From Akkermansia muciniphila ATCC BAA-835 (GTDB taxonomy: Bacteria; Verrucomicrobiota; Verrucomicrobiia; Verrucomicrobiales; Akkermansiaceae), in contig NC_010655.1 in NCBI RefSeq assembly GCF_000020225.1, positions 1,440,001 through 1,472,000 of the forward strand: DNA of 32,000 nucleotides. Reading direction: 5' to 3'. This document shows, in pieces, positions 1-8,259 of this stretch (position 1 is the first letter of the stretch; each line of letters starts with the position of its first letter). Made by a program: the position numbers and the translations under genes. The notes beneath the pieces were generated by a model. That model had not been told where the DNA came from. It saw only the letters and a list, made by a program, of their open reading frames with translations, and did no database searches.

Positions 1-788
1 TTGATGAGTCCCAGAACGGCGTCCAGCATGAAGTTGACGTTGCTGGAAAGGAAGTTGGCGTATTCGGAAAGGGAAGTGACGTCCCGGCTTAGAGGACGCA
101 GCTTGATGTACAGCGTGGAGTTGGTGTCGTCCAGGGCCTCTTCGTTGCTGGCGTACGTGAGCAGGCGCAGAAGGTTGACCAGGCAGTCCCGCTGGCGGGT
201 GAGCAGGTCGCCCACGCGGCCCAGGTCCTGGAGCGTCAGGCGCAGGGCGCTGGAGACGGGCACCCGCTTGCTGGTCTTGCCTTCAGGTTCGTCCCTGCGG
301 AAGATGTTTTTGGAAAGGCGGTCCAGTTCCGCGCCGAAACGTTCCAGCACGTCCGCCTGGCGGTCCACGATGGTTTCCAGCAGGCCGGTGAAAACCTGGT
401 CCCGGCTGATTTGCTTCTGGCGCAGGAGCTGGTGGGAAAAAACGCGGAAGGAATAGGAGTCCGAATGGCGGATGGTGATGATTTTCGCCCCCATGAGGAC
501 GAAGGTGATTTCCGACAGGGAGGGGGATTCCGTATCCACGCGGCTGAGAACCGTGGTGGTCATGAAGCGCGCTCCGTCCTCCGTGTACAGACGGCTGGTG
601 GCCTCAATCTCCCGCATTTCGTCATAGGTCGGCATTTCCAGCCCGCAGAGGCGTTCCACAAACTTGATTTCCGCCGGTTCCGGGGTAAGGAGGTCAATCC
701 AGAAGACGGAATCCAAGTGTTGTTCCGCCGCATCCACCTGGGTGGTGCGCTCAATGCCTTCCGGGGTTTGACGATAGAGCCGGATCAT
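1..788 (-). CDS. corA: CorA-family Mg2+/Co2+ transporter, N-terminal cytoplasmic part (3' end runs off the window)
   Basis: This gene is absent from the ORF track because the frame has no stop inside the window. My own translation of the minus strand from the ATG at 788-786 is uninterrupted: MIRLYRQTPEGIERTTQVDAAEQHLDSVFWIDLLTPEPAEIKFVERLCGLEMPTYDEMREIEATSRLY...LSEYANFLSSNVNFMLDAVLGLI. That resembles the CorA cytoplasmic domain and the stalk helix that precedes the GMN motif, which lies outside the window. The listed + ORFs 1..456 and 411..830 are R/S/G-rich antisense shadows. The start codon is uncertain. Confidence 0.7.
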   Translation of the reverse strand, partial: MIRLYRQTPEGIERTTQVDAAEQHLDSVFWIDLLTPEPAEIKFVERLCGLEMPTYDEMREIEATSRLYTEDGARFMTTTVLSRVDTESPSLSEITFVLMGAKIITIRHSDSYSFRVFSHQLLRQKQISRDQVFTGLLETIVDRQADVLERFGAELDRLSKNIFRRDEPEGKTSKRVPVSSALRLTLQDLGRVGDLLTRQRDCLVNLLRLLTYASNEEALDDTNSTLYIKLRPLSRDVTSLSEYANFLSSNVNFMLDAVLGLI

Positions 789-895
789 GCCGTTGATTTC
801 GGTGGGGGGATGGAACGATGCCGTGCATGAGGTTGAGTGACACCCAACGCAGGCATGATGCCTTGTTTGTTCAGGGAAGGGAAGTAAAAAGGGTG

Positions 896-934
896 ACAAA
901 AAGAGGCCCGGTCCCCAAGGTGGGAACCGGGCCT
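896..934 (-). terminator. Rho-independent terminator downstream of rplI
   Basis: aggcccggt (904-912) pairs with accgggcct (926-934), with further inner ccc/ggg pairs. On the minus strand the hairpin is followed by CTTTTTGT (complement of 896-903). It lies 24 nt after the rplI stop. Confidence 0.7.
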
Positions 935-957
935 GCCGGAAAAGGGATGCGCGCCTC

Positions 958-1413
958 TTAGGCGTTTTCCTTGACGACCACCTTGAGCGTGGCTTCCACC
1001 TGGGGATGCACCTTGATGATGACTTCGTGTTCGCCTTCACTCTTGATCGGCTTTTCGAGTTCAATCGCCCGGCGGTCCACTTCCACGCCCTGAGCGGTCA
1101 GGGCATCGTGAATGTTCTGGTTGGTGATGGCGCCGAACGCCTTGCCGCCCTGGCCCACTTCAAGGGTGAGGTCTACGGTCAGTCCGCTGATCTTGGCGGC
1201 CACTTCCTGAGCGGCGCTGAGTTCTTCCGCTTCGCGCTTGGCGCGGGCGGCCTGAAGATTGGCGATGAAACGGCGGTTGGAGGCTGTTGCTTCGTGGGCC
1301 AGACCCTTGGGGATGAGGTAGTTGCGGCCATAGCCAGCCTTAACGGTCACCAGGTCGGCTTCTGCGCCGAGCCCTTCAATTTTTGTTGCGAGAATTACTT
1401 CCATCGTTGCCAT
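958..1413 (-). CDS. rplI: 50S ribosomal protein L9
   Basis: The 151-aa ORF reads MATMEVILATKIEGLGAEADLVTVKAGYGRNYLIPKGLA... The N-terminus (MEVIL..G.G..V.VK.GY.RNYLIP) is the L9 signature and the length fits. The ATG at 1404 (MEVIL) is an equally plausible start. Confidence 0.93.
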   Translation of the reverse strand: MATMEVILATKIEGLGAEADLVTVKAGYGRNYLIPKGLAHEATASNRRFIANLQAARAKREAEELSAAQEVAAKISGLTVDLTLEVGQGGKAFGAITNQNIHDALTAQGVEVDRRAIELEKPIKSEGEHEVIIKVHPQVEATLKVVVKENA

Positions 1414-1658
1414 GGCTAAAAAGAAATGGTTATTTGTGAGCGGTTGAAGTAGTAAGTATTCGCCCGAATGTCAAGACAAGAGCGATAAAAAGGGCGTTTT
1501 TTTATGTTTTGGGAGGAAAAATCCTCCCGGTTGTCATGATTGGTGACATTGCGCTTGCTTCACGCGGCAGTAGTATGTAGGGAAAGGAACCGCATTTATC
1601 GCGTTCTCTCCCGGAGGGGAGGGGGGCGCCCGCGGGTACATTACAGATATTTGATCTT

Positions 1659-3206
1659 ATGGCTATTCAGCGCGCATTGATATCCGTTTCCGACAAGACC
1701 GGCCTGGAGGAGTTTGCCAAGGGCCTGCACGAGTTTGGAGTAGAGCTTATTTCCACTGGCGGGACCGCCGCTTTCCTGAAAGGCCTGGGCCTTCCGGTGA
1801 TTGAGATTTCCGACTATACCGGAGAACCGGAGTTATTTGAAGGGCGCCTGAAGACGCTTCATCCCATGGTGCACGGGGGCCTGCTGCACCGCCGCGACAA
1901 TGAGGAGCATGTGCGCCAGGCTAAGGAAAACGGCATCAAGCCCATCGACCTGGTCTGCGTGAATCTGTATCCTTTTGAAGAAACCGTCGCCAGGCCCGGA
2001 GTCACGCTGGAGGAAGCTATTGAAAAAATAGATATCGGCGGGCCGTCCATGCTCCGTTCCGCCGCCAAGAATTACGCTTCCGTCACGGTGGTTTCGGATC
2101 CCGCGGATTACGCGCGCATTCTGGATGAAATGCAGACCCACAAGGGGGATACGACCCTGAAGACCCGTGAAAACCTGGCGGTGAAGGTGTTTATGCGCAC
2201 CTCCAATTACGATAACGCCATCACTAATTATCTTGGCCACCAGAGCGCGGAAAGCACCAAGGGCAGCTTCTGCATCTGCGCTCCCCTGTATCAGGAATTG
2301 CGTTACGGGGACAATCCCCACCAGGAAGCCAGCCTGTACGGCAGCTTCGGGGATATTTTCCACCAGCTTCAGGGCAAGGAGCTTTCCTATACGAACGTGC
2401 TGGACATTGAAGGGGCAGCCGAGCTGATTACCCAGTTCCGCCGCCCGACGGTGGGCATTTTGAAGCACACGAATCCCTGCGGCGTGGGCCAGGACGACGA
2501 AGACCTGCGCAACGCATGGCAGAAGGCTTTTGAAACGGATACGCAGGCCCCCTTCGGCGGCGTGATCGTGGTCAACCGCCCGATGACGGAAGGCCTGGCC
2601 CGTGTGCTGAGCGCCATTTTCACGGATGTCATCATCGCTCCGGAGTATGATGCGGAAGCCCGCGCCATTCTCCAGAAGAAGAAAAATTGCCGCATCATCC
2701 GCATGAACACGGAAGCCTGGATGAAGGCGCGCCGCGAACCCATCATCCGTTCCGCGCCCGGCGGGTTCATGACCATGAAGCGGGATACGGACGTGATGGG
2801 GCTGGACAATCTGGAAGCCAAGGTGGTGACCAAGCGCCCCCCGACCGAGGAAGAATTGACCGCCATGCGTTTCAACTGGCGTGTCGTGAAGCAGGTTCAT
2901 TCCAACGCCATCGTTTTTGGCGGTACGGACCGCACGCTTGGCATCGGCGCCGGGCAGATGAGCCGTGTGGATTCCGCCCGCATTGCCGTCTGGAAGGCCG
3001 GGCAGGCCGGCCTGGATCTGAAGGGCAGCGTTGTGGCGTCCGACGCCATGTTCCCGTTTGCAGACGGCCTCCAGGTGGCGATTGACGCCGGAGCCACCGC
3101 CTGCATCCAGCCCGGAGGTTCCATCCGCGACGAGGAAGTGATTGCCGCCGCTGATGCCGCGGGAATTGCCATGGTATTTACGGGACACCGCCATTTCCTC
3201 CATTAA
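1659..3206 (+). CDS. purH: Bifunctional AICAR formyltransferase / IMP cyclohydrolase
   Basis: The ORF is 515 aa. The N-terminus has the MGS-like motif [11 protein letters not shown]. The AICARFT domain is present and the protein ends ...FTGHRHFLH, comparable to the canonical PurH ...RHFRH end. Confidence 0.95.
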   Translation: MAIQRALISVSDKTGLEEFAKGLHEFGVELISTGGTAAFLKGLGLPVIEISDYTGEPELFEGRLKTLHPMVHGGLLHRRDNEEHVRQAKENGIKPIDLVCVNLYPFEETVARPGVTLEEAIEKIDIGGPSMLRSAAKNYASVTVVSDPADYARILDEMQTHKGDTTLKTRENLAVKVFMRTSNYDNAITNYLGHQSAESTKGSFCICAPLYQELRYGDNPHQEASLYGSFGDIFHQLQGKELSYTNVLDIEGAAELITQFRRPTVGILKHTNPCGVGQDDEDLRNAWQKAFETDTQAPFGGVIVVNRPMTEGLARVLSAIFTDVIIAPEYDAEARAILQKKKNCRIIRMNTEAWMKARREPIIRSAPGGFMTMKRDTDVMGLDNLEAKVVTKRPPTEEELTAMRFNWRVVKQVHSNAIVFGGTDRTLGIGAGQMSRVDSARIAVWKAGQAGLDLKGSVVASDAMFPFADGLQVAIDAGATACIQPGGSIRDEEVIAAADAAGIAMVFTGHRHFLH

Positions 3207-3245
3207 TTTGAATGTTCGTCCCCGCCCCTTTGTCTTAAAACCGAT

Positions 3246-3986
3246 ATGCTGCTAGGTGTAAATATAGACCACATCGCCACGTTGAGGCAGGCCCGCTACG
3301 CGACCATGCTGGATTCCTTCAATGTGGAGCCGAGTGTTTTGGACGCCGCTTATGCGGCGCAAAGGGGCGGGGCGGATTCCATCACCCTCCATGTCCGGGG
3401 CGACCGCCGCCACATGCAGGATGCGGATGCCCTGAGCGTCCGGGAGAGCGTGGCCCTTCCCCTGAACCTGGAAATGGGAAATACCCCGGAGATGGTGGAT
3501 TTTGCCCTGCGGCTGAAACCGGACTATATCTGCATGGTTCCGGAGAAGCGCGAGGAAATCACTACGGAAGGCGGCCTGGACGCCGTTTTTCATGAAAAGG
3601 ATCTGGCTCCCACCATGGCAAGAATGGCCGACAACGGCATTCAGGTGAGCCTGTTCATTGATCCGGAAGTGCCCCAGGTGGAGGCTGCCGCCCGCCTGGG
3701 CGCCCCCATGATTGAGTTGCATACCGGATGTTTTGCCAACCATTCCGGCAGGGAGCGCACGGAGGAACTGGCCCGTTTGAAACGCGCCGCGGAACTGGCC
3801 CATTCCCTGGGTATCCAGGTGAATGCGGGCCATGGCATCAATTACCAGAATCTGGAACAGCTGCTGGCTGGCGTCCCTTACCTGCATGAGCTGAACATCG
3901 GCCATACGATTGTATCCCGCGCTCTTTTTGTGGGGATGGAGCAGGCCGTGAGGGAAATGCGCCAGGCGATCGACCGCCTGAGCTGA
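3246..3986 (+). CDS. pdxJ: Pyridoxine 5'-phosphate synthase
   Basis: The ORF is 246 aa. It has the N-terminal LGVNIDHIATLRQAR and the C-terminal HELNIGH motif typical of PdxJ. Confidence 0.93.
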   Translation: MLLGVNIDHIATLRQARYATMLDSFNVEPSVLDAAYAAQRGGADSITLHVRGDRRHMQDADALSVRESVALPLNLEMGNTPEMVDFALRLKPDYICMVPEKREEITTEGGLDAVFHEKDLAPTMARMADNGIQVSLFIDPEVPQVEAAARLGAPMIELHTGCFANHSGRERTEELARLKRAAELAHSLGIQVNAGHGINYQNLEQLLAGVPYLHELNIGHTIVSRALFVGMEQAVREMRQAIDRLS

Positions 3987-4020
3987 TTGCGCCGTTTCAA
4001 TTGATCCCGGTTGCCGGAGT

Positions 4021-4407
4021 ATGAGCCGCATTGCAGGATTGGGAATGGATTTGGCGGATATGGAACGCGTACGCCAGGCCCTGCGGAAAAACGGGGAGGC
4101 GTTTGCGTTGCGCATCTGCACCCCTGATGAGTGGGCTTATTGCCGGAAGCACGCGGATCCCGTGCCGCATCTGGCGGCGCGCTTTGCGGCCAAGGAGGCC
4201 GTGGCGAAAGCCCTGGGAACGGGAATCGGGGCGAAGTGCGCTTTTACGGATGTGGAGGTGGTGCGCGGCGATGCGGGAGTTCCTTCCATTCTTTTGCACG
4301 GGGCTGCGGGAGTGACCGCCCGGGAGCTGGGCATTACGGGCTGGTTCCTGACCATGACCCATTCCAGGTTGAGCGCCGCCGCCACCGTTATTGCCTTGGC
4401 GCAATAA
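4021..4407 (+). CDS. acpS: Holo-[acyl-carrier-protein] synthase (4'-phosphopantetheinyl transferase)
   Basis: The ORF is 128 aa. GLGMDLADMERV at the N-terminus and RFAAKEAVAKALGTG resemble AcpS. It sits directly downstream of pdxJ, which is a common pairing. Confidence 0.88.
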   Translation: MSRIAGLGMDLADMERVRQALRKNGEAFALRICTPDEWAYCRKHADPVPHLAARFAAKEAVAKALGTGIGAKCAFTDVEVVRGDAGVPSILLHGAAGVTARELGITGWFLTMTHSRLSAAATVIALAQ

Positions 4408-4439
4408 AAAAGCCGTTCCCTGGGAAGAAAGGAACGGCT
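4405..4439 (-). terminator. Rho-independent terminator of the PEP-CTERM gene (overlaps the acpS stop)
   Basis: agccgttcc (4411-4419) pairs with ggaacggct (4431-4439). On the minus strand the hairpin is followed by TTTTTATT (complement of 4403-4410). It may also end the pdxJ-acpS transcript, but there is no T-run on the + side. Confidence 0.65.
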
Positions 4440-4462
4440 GGCATTAAAGGAGGAAAGGGAAG

Positions 4463-5212
4463 TTATTTTCTCCTTCTGCGTGCGGCAAATCCCGCGAACG
4501 CAAGCAGAGACAATGCCGCTGTGGAGGGTTCCGGAACAGCGGCATAAGAGACGGAGAGCGAACTCAGTTTCGTGCCGTTCAAGCCGTCATTATTCCAACC
4601 GGGAGCACGATGTCCAATGCTGTACATCTCGTTTTGGGTATCTCCTCCGTCCGCGGTTCCGGTGTACCAGTCGATATCGCTGATAGAAACGGTTGCGGTG
4701 CTGGCGGCAGTACCATTATCAAGAGTAACGGTTACGTCATGTCCCAGGATATCAACGGTTACGTTTGTCCACGTATTTGCCGTCAGTCCGGCTTCTGCGA
4801 TTGCTCCTCCGGAGGAGAGATTGCCGGAGTTGATGGCAACAGCCCCATTGCTGAGTCCCAGGCTGAAGCCGAATCCGCTGCGGGCAACGTGAATGATATT
4901 TTCAAGGGAATTGTTGCCTCCCCATGAGATGTCCATGGTGATGCTCATGGTCCCCTCCCCGGAAAGGGCTCCGTTCAGCATTTCCCGGAATACATTTGTA
5001 CCGCGTTCGTCAAAGGTGGAACCGGTAAGAACCGTCCCCTTCTCTGCATCTTGGGCAGTATTGAAATTACCTGTAGCAGTTCCCCCCATGACGGCAGCCG
5101 CGGAGGAAAAATCCCATGTATAGGTAGCTGTCTCCGCCGCCTTTGCCGCACCACAGAAAAGCAGCCCTGCTGCCAGCGGCAAATATTTTTTAATGGATAG
5201 ATTGATAGCCAT
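4463..5212 (-). CDS. Secreted PEP-CTERM sorting-domain protein with a possible LamG/ConA-like jelly-roll cargo domain
   Basis: The C-terminus VPEPSTAALSLLAFAGFAARRRRK is a textbook PEP-CTERM anchor: PEP motif, TM helix, Arg cluster. The N-terminus from the ATG at 5212 (MAINLSIKKYLPLAAGLLFCGAAKA/AE) is a good signal peptide. The ORF in the track extends to 5245, but that extra stretch looks non-native. The G/S/T/N-rich beta-type body suggests a LamG-like fold, which is inference only. Confidence 0.8.
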   Translation of the reverse strand: MAINLSIKKYLPLAAGLLFCGAAKAAETATYTWDFSSAAAVMGGTATGNFNTAQDAEKGTVLTGSTFDERGTNVFREMLNGALSGEGTMSITMDISWGGNNSLENIIHVARSGFGFSLGLSNGAVAINSGNLSSGGAIAEAGLTANTWTNVTVDILGHDVTVTLDNGTAASTATVSISDIDWYTGTADGGDTQNEMYSIGHRAPGWNNDGLNGTKLSSLSVSYAAVPEPSTAALSLLAFAGFAARRRRK

Positions 5213-5423
5213 ATGACAATAGCACGTAATTGCAAAAAGATTCAACGATTTTCAAATTCGTTGAATGTTTTTCTATATTAACCCATTGATAAATAGGTTT
5301 TTGAAAATATCCCTATTACAAGATTGGTTTCTTTTTTCGTTTGTTTATTTTCACTGTTCCATACAGAAAACGAGAAAATTATAGATTTTTTTCTTGTAAA
5401 ACGGATTTGAAATTCGTTGCTAT

Positions 5424-5460
5424 GGAATAAAAGAGGCCGCCCTGTTAAAGGGCGGCCTCT
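5424..5460 (-). terminator. Rho-independent terminator of pckG
   Basis: An 11-bp stem forms between agaggccgccc (5432-5442) and gggcggcctct (5450-5460), with loop tgttaaa. On the minus strand it is followed by TTTATTCC. It lies 35 nt after the pckG stop. Confidence 0.75.
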
Positions 5461-5494
5461 GCCTTAAGAGTTTTTTCTTAAGTCAGGTGGACTT

Positions 5495-7321
5495 TTAAGA
5501 AAAGCTCTTGATGAGAAGCTGGCGCTGTTCTTCCAGTTCGGCCGGGAGCTTTTTGCCCACCTTGTCGAACAGCTCGGTCTGGCTTTCCAGTTCAGCCTGC
5601 CATTCGCTCGGGTTGAGAGCCATGTTGGCGTTGAACTGTTCTTCGCTGTAGTCGAGGCCCGTCTTATCCAGTTCGGCATAGGTCGGGGAGACGCCCAGCA
5701 CGGTCTTCTGGCCTTCAGCCTTGCCCTTGGCGCGGCGCAGAATCCAGTCGAGAACGCGCATGTTGTCGCCGTAGCCCGGCCAGATGAAGTTGCCGTTCTT
5801 GTCCTTGCGGAACCAGTTCACGTTGAAGATCAGCGGAGGATTGGCAACGGTTTTGCCCATGTCCAGCCAGTGCTGCCAGTAGTCGCCCACATGGTAGCCG
5901 ATGAAGGGAAGCATGGCCATCGGGTCGCGGCGGACCTGACCGATGTTGCCGAAGGCGGCGGCGGTCATTTCCGAACCCATCGTCGCACCGACGTAAACGC
6001 CGTGCGTCCAGTCGCGGGACTGGAAGACGAGGGGCATGGTGGTGGCGCGGCGGCCGCCGAACAGGATCGCGGAAAGGGAAACGCCTTCCGGGTTCTGCCA
6101 TTCGGGATCAATCGTCGGGCACTGGGAGGCGGGGGCGGTGAAACGGGCGTTCGGATGAGCGCACTTGCGTCCGCAATCCGGGGTCCAGTCATTGCCCTGC
6201 CAGTCGATGGCGTGGGCGGGAGCGGGGCCGTCCATGCCTTCCCACCAGACGTCGCCGTCGTCGGTCAGACCGACGTTGGTGAAGATGACGTTTTCCTTGA
6301 TGGTGTCCATGGCGATCGGGTTCGTCTTGTAGGACGTGCCGGGAGCCACGCCGAAGTAGCCGTTTTCCGGGTTGATGGCATGGAAGGTGCCGTCTTCATG
6401 GGGCCAGATCCAGGCGATGTCGTCACCGATGATGGAGGTTTTCCAGCCGGCTTCCCGGTAGGAGGCGGGGGGGACGAGCATGGCCAGGTTGGTCTTGCCG
6501 CAGGCGGACGGGAATGCGCCGCCGACGTAGGCCTTGGTGCCGTCCGGGGATTCAATGCCCAGAAGGAGCATGTGTTCAGCCATCCACTTGTTCTTGCGGG
6601 CGATGGCGGAGGCGATGCGCAGGGCCAGGCACTTTTTGCCGAGCAGGGCGTTGCCGCCGTAACCGGAACCGAAGGACCAGATTTCTTCCGTTTCCGGGAA
6701 GTGGCAGATGTACTTTTCTTCGTTGCAGGGCCACGGCACGTCAACCTGGCCGTCCGCAAGCGGAGCGCCCACGGTGTGGAGGCAGGGAACGAATGTCCCG
6801 TAACCGTCACGCTTCGGGTTGCCGCCGCCCTTGACTTCGTCTTCCAGGCGCTTGAGAACCTGTTCACCCATCTTGGTCATGATGCGCATGTTGGTCACGA
6901 CATAGGGAGAGTCCGTGATTTCAATGCCGATTTTGGCCAGGGGGGAGTCCAGGGGACCCATGCAGAAGGGAATCACGTACATGGTACGGCCCTTCATGCA
7001 GCCATTGAAGAGGCCCTTCAGTTTGGCCTTCATTTCAACGGGATCAGCCCAGTGGTTGGTCGGGCCGGCGTCTTCTTCCTTCTCGCTGCAGATGAACGTG
7101 CGGTCTTCCACACGGGCTACATCGGAGGGGGTGGAACGGGCGAGGAAGCACCCGGGGCGCTTCTCGGGGTTCAGTTTGATAAAGGTGCCCTTTTCTACCA
7201 TCATGTTGCAAAGCTCGTCATTTTCTTCCTGAGAGCCGTTGCACCAGTAGATGGAGTCGGGTTGGCAAAGCTGGGCGATTTCTTCGACCCACTTCTTAGC
7301 TGCTTCGTGAGTGGTACTCAT
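5495..7321 (-). CDS. pckG: Phosphoenolpyruvate carboxykinase (GTP)
   Basis: The protein contains the GTP-PEPCK kinase-1a signature [16 protein letters not shown] and shows full-length similarity in pattern to PEPCK-GTP. I prefer the ATG at 7321 ([14 protein letters not shown]). The ORF in the track runs to 7405 with a basic, non-conserved-looking extension. Confidence 0.93.
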   Translation of the reverse strand: MSTTHEAAKKWVEEIAQLCQPDSIYWCNGSQEENDELCNMMVEKGTFIKLNPEKRPGCFLARSTPSDVARVEDRTFICSEKEEDAGPTNHWADPVEMKAKLKGLFNGCMKGRTMYVIPFCMGPLDSPLAKIGIEITDSPYVVTNMRIMTKMGEQVLKRLEDEVKGGGNPKRDGYGTFVPCLHTVGAPLADGQVDVPWPCNEEKYICHFPETEEIWSFGSGYGGNALLGKKCLALRIASAIARKNKWMAEHMLLLGIESPDGTKAYVGGAFPSACGKTNLAMLVPPASYREAGWKTSIIGDDIAWIWPHEDGTFHAINPENGYFGVAPGTSYKTNPIAMDTIKENVIFTNVGLTDDGDVWWEGMDGPAPAHAIDWQGNDWTPDCGRKCAHPNARFTAPASQCPTIDPEWQNPEGVSLSAILFGGRRATTMPLVFQSRDWTHGVYVGATMGSEMTAAAFGNIGQVRRDPMAMLPFIGYHVGDYWQHWLDMGKTVANPPLIFNVNWFRKDKNGNFIWPGYGDNMRVLDWILRRAKGKAEGQKTVLGVSPTYAELDKTGLDYSEEQFNANMALNPSEWQAELESQTELFDKVGKKLPAELEEQRQLLIKSFS

Positions 7322-7574
7322 GGTGAAGATAGTGTATGCACGGAAATAGCCGTTGGCAAGCTTCCCGTGCGGCTTTTTATGGGGCGGTTTTGTTTCTCCG
7401 GGCATGGAAACCGCATGCGGGGAAAGGCGTTGCCCTGATTGCCGGATGGCTGTGCGCGGGGGCTTTCTTCAGGATATCCCTTTTTCCTGCTGCCGTGTTT
7501 CGGAAAGGGTGAAAAAGACTGTTTTGACTGGAAATCTGCTTGCCAGCTCGTCTGCGATAGTCTAGGGAAGAATC

Positions 7575-8246
7575 ATGAATGTCAGAATGTTGTCGGCAAA
7601 TGCGGTGTTTCTGATGCTGCCGGCTTTGCTGGCGGCGTGTTCGGACGCCCCGCGCCCGCCCGCCGTCAGCTTCAGGATTCAGAATGTGCCTCCCGTGCCG
7701 CGCACGATGGCCCAGATGTCCAGAGAGGTGCACATTAACCGTGATTTCATGTCCCCGCGCTCCCGTGCTCGCCGGGCCGCCCATTCCATGCATCCGCGGT
7801 TTATCACGATTCACAGCACAGCCAATCCCAAGGGTGACGCCGCGGCGCATGCCCGGGCATTGAAAAGGGGGGCCATGGGGTCCCTGAACTGGCATTTTAC
7901 GGTGGACCAGTACCGTGCCGTCCAGCATATTCCGCTGAATGAGACGGGCCGCCACGCAGACCGGGGCGGCCCCGGAGACATGTACTCCATCGGCATTGAG
8001 ATGGGGGAGGTAAGGAGCCATAACCCCATTGTTACCTGGAACCGCTCCGCCAAGCTGACGGCAGTGCTGATGAAGCAGTACCATATTCCGCTCCGTAATG
8101 TGGTACCCCATTATTATTGGACGGGGAAGAATTGCCCGGCCCCGCTGCTGACCAACGGCCGTCCGGGACATAAATGGAGCTGGTTCATTTCCCGCGTGGA
8201 TTATTACAGGCGCTGTCTGGAGACACGGCCCGCCGCAGCGTTCTGA
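7575..8246 (+). CDS. N-acetylmuramoyl-L-alanine amidase (amidase_2 / AmpD-PGRP type), lipoprotein
   Basis: The signal peptide carries a lipobox (LPALLAAC). The motifs ITIHSTAN, NWHFTVD, YSIGIEM and HYYWTGKNCPAPL fit the zinc amidase_2 family. Confidence 0.85.
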   Translation: MNVRMLSANAVFLMLPALLAACSDAPRPPAVSFRIQNVPPVPRTMAQMSREVHINRDFMSPRSRARRAAHSMHPRFITIHSTANPKGDAAAHARALKRGAMGSLNWHFTVDQYRAVQHIPLNETGRHADRGGPGDMYSIGIEMGEVRSHNPIVTWNRSAKLTAVLMKQYHIPLRNVVPHYYWTGKNCPAPLLTNGRPGHKWSWFISRVDYYRRCLETRPAAAF

Positions 8247-8259
8247 CGGGTACGCGCAC

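Noticed and set aside
1-830. Plus-strand ORFs 1..456 and 411..830 appear in the track.
   Set aside because: Their sequences are R/S-rich nonsense. The minus strand carries an uninterrupted CorA-like frame, which explains why these open frames exist.
1414-1658. A ZTP (pfl) or purine riboswitch might sit upstream of purH. A gggaggaaaaatcctccc hairpin lies at 1511-1528.
   Set aside because: I could not find the conserved ZTP elements as I remember them (GGGUCGUGACUGGCG-like 5' part and CCGCCUGGGC 3' part). Only loose resemblances exist (ggtgacattgcgc, gcgcccgcgggta). The hairpin has no U-tract on either strand. An Rfam/Infernal scan would settle the question.
1833-3203. A 456-aa minus-strand ORF lies opposite purH. 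Other long antisense ORFs lie opposite real genes: 3252..4121(-), 5870..7438(+), 7377..8438(-), 8311..9837(-), 11135..12667(+), 14155..14787(+), 17756..18499(+), 25409..26140(-) and 30684..31364(-).
   Set aside because: Each fully overlaps a gene with clear family signatures on the other strand. Their translations are R/G/A/H/P-rich and low in complexity, with no recognisable motifs. This is typical shadow-ORF behaviour in GC-biased coding DNA.
5213-5245. Several track ORFs have N-terminal extensions: the first PEP-CTERM gene to 5245, pckG to 7405, the 10440 start, actB to 14017, the lipoprotein to 16502 and pyrF to 30660.
   Set aside because: Internal ATGs give canonical N-termini (signal peptides, an RR motif directly after Met, family-typical starts). 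Several of the extensions begin at TTG or GTG, and they disrupt the signal sequences.
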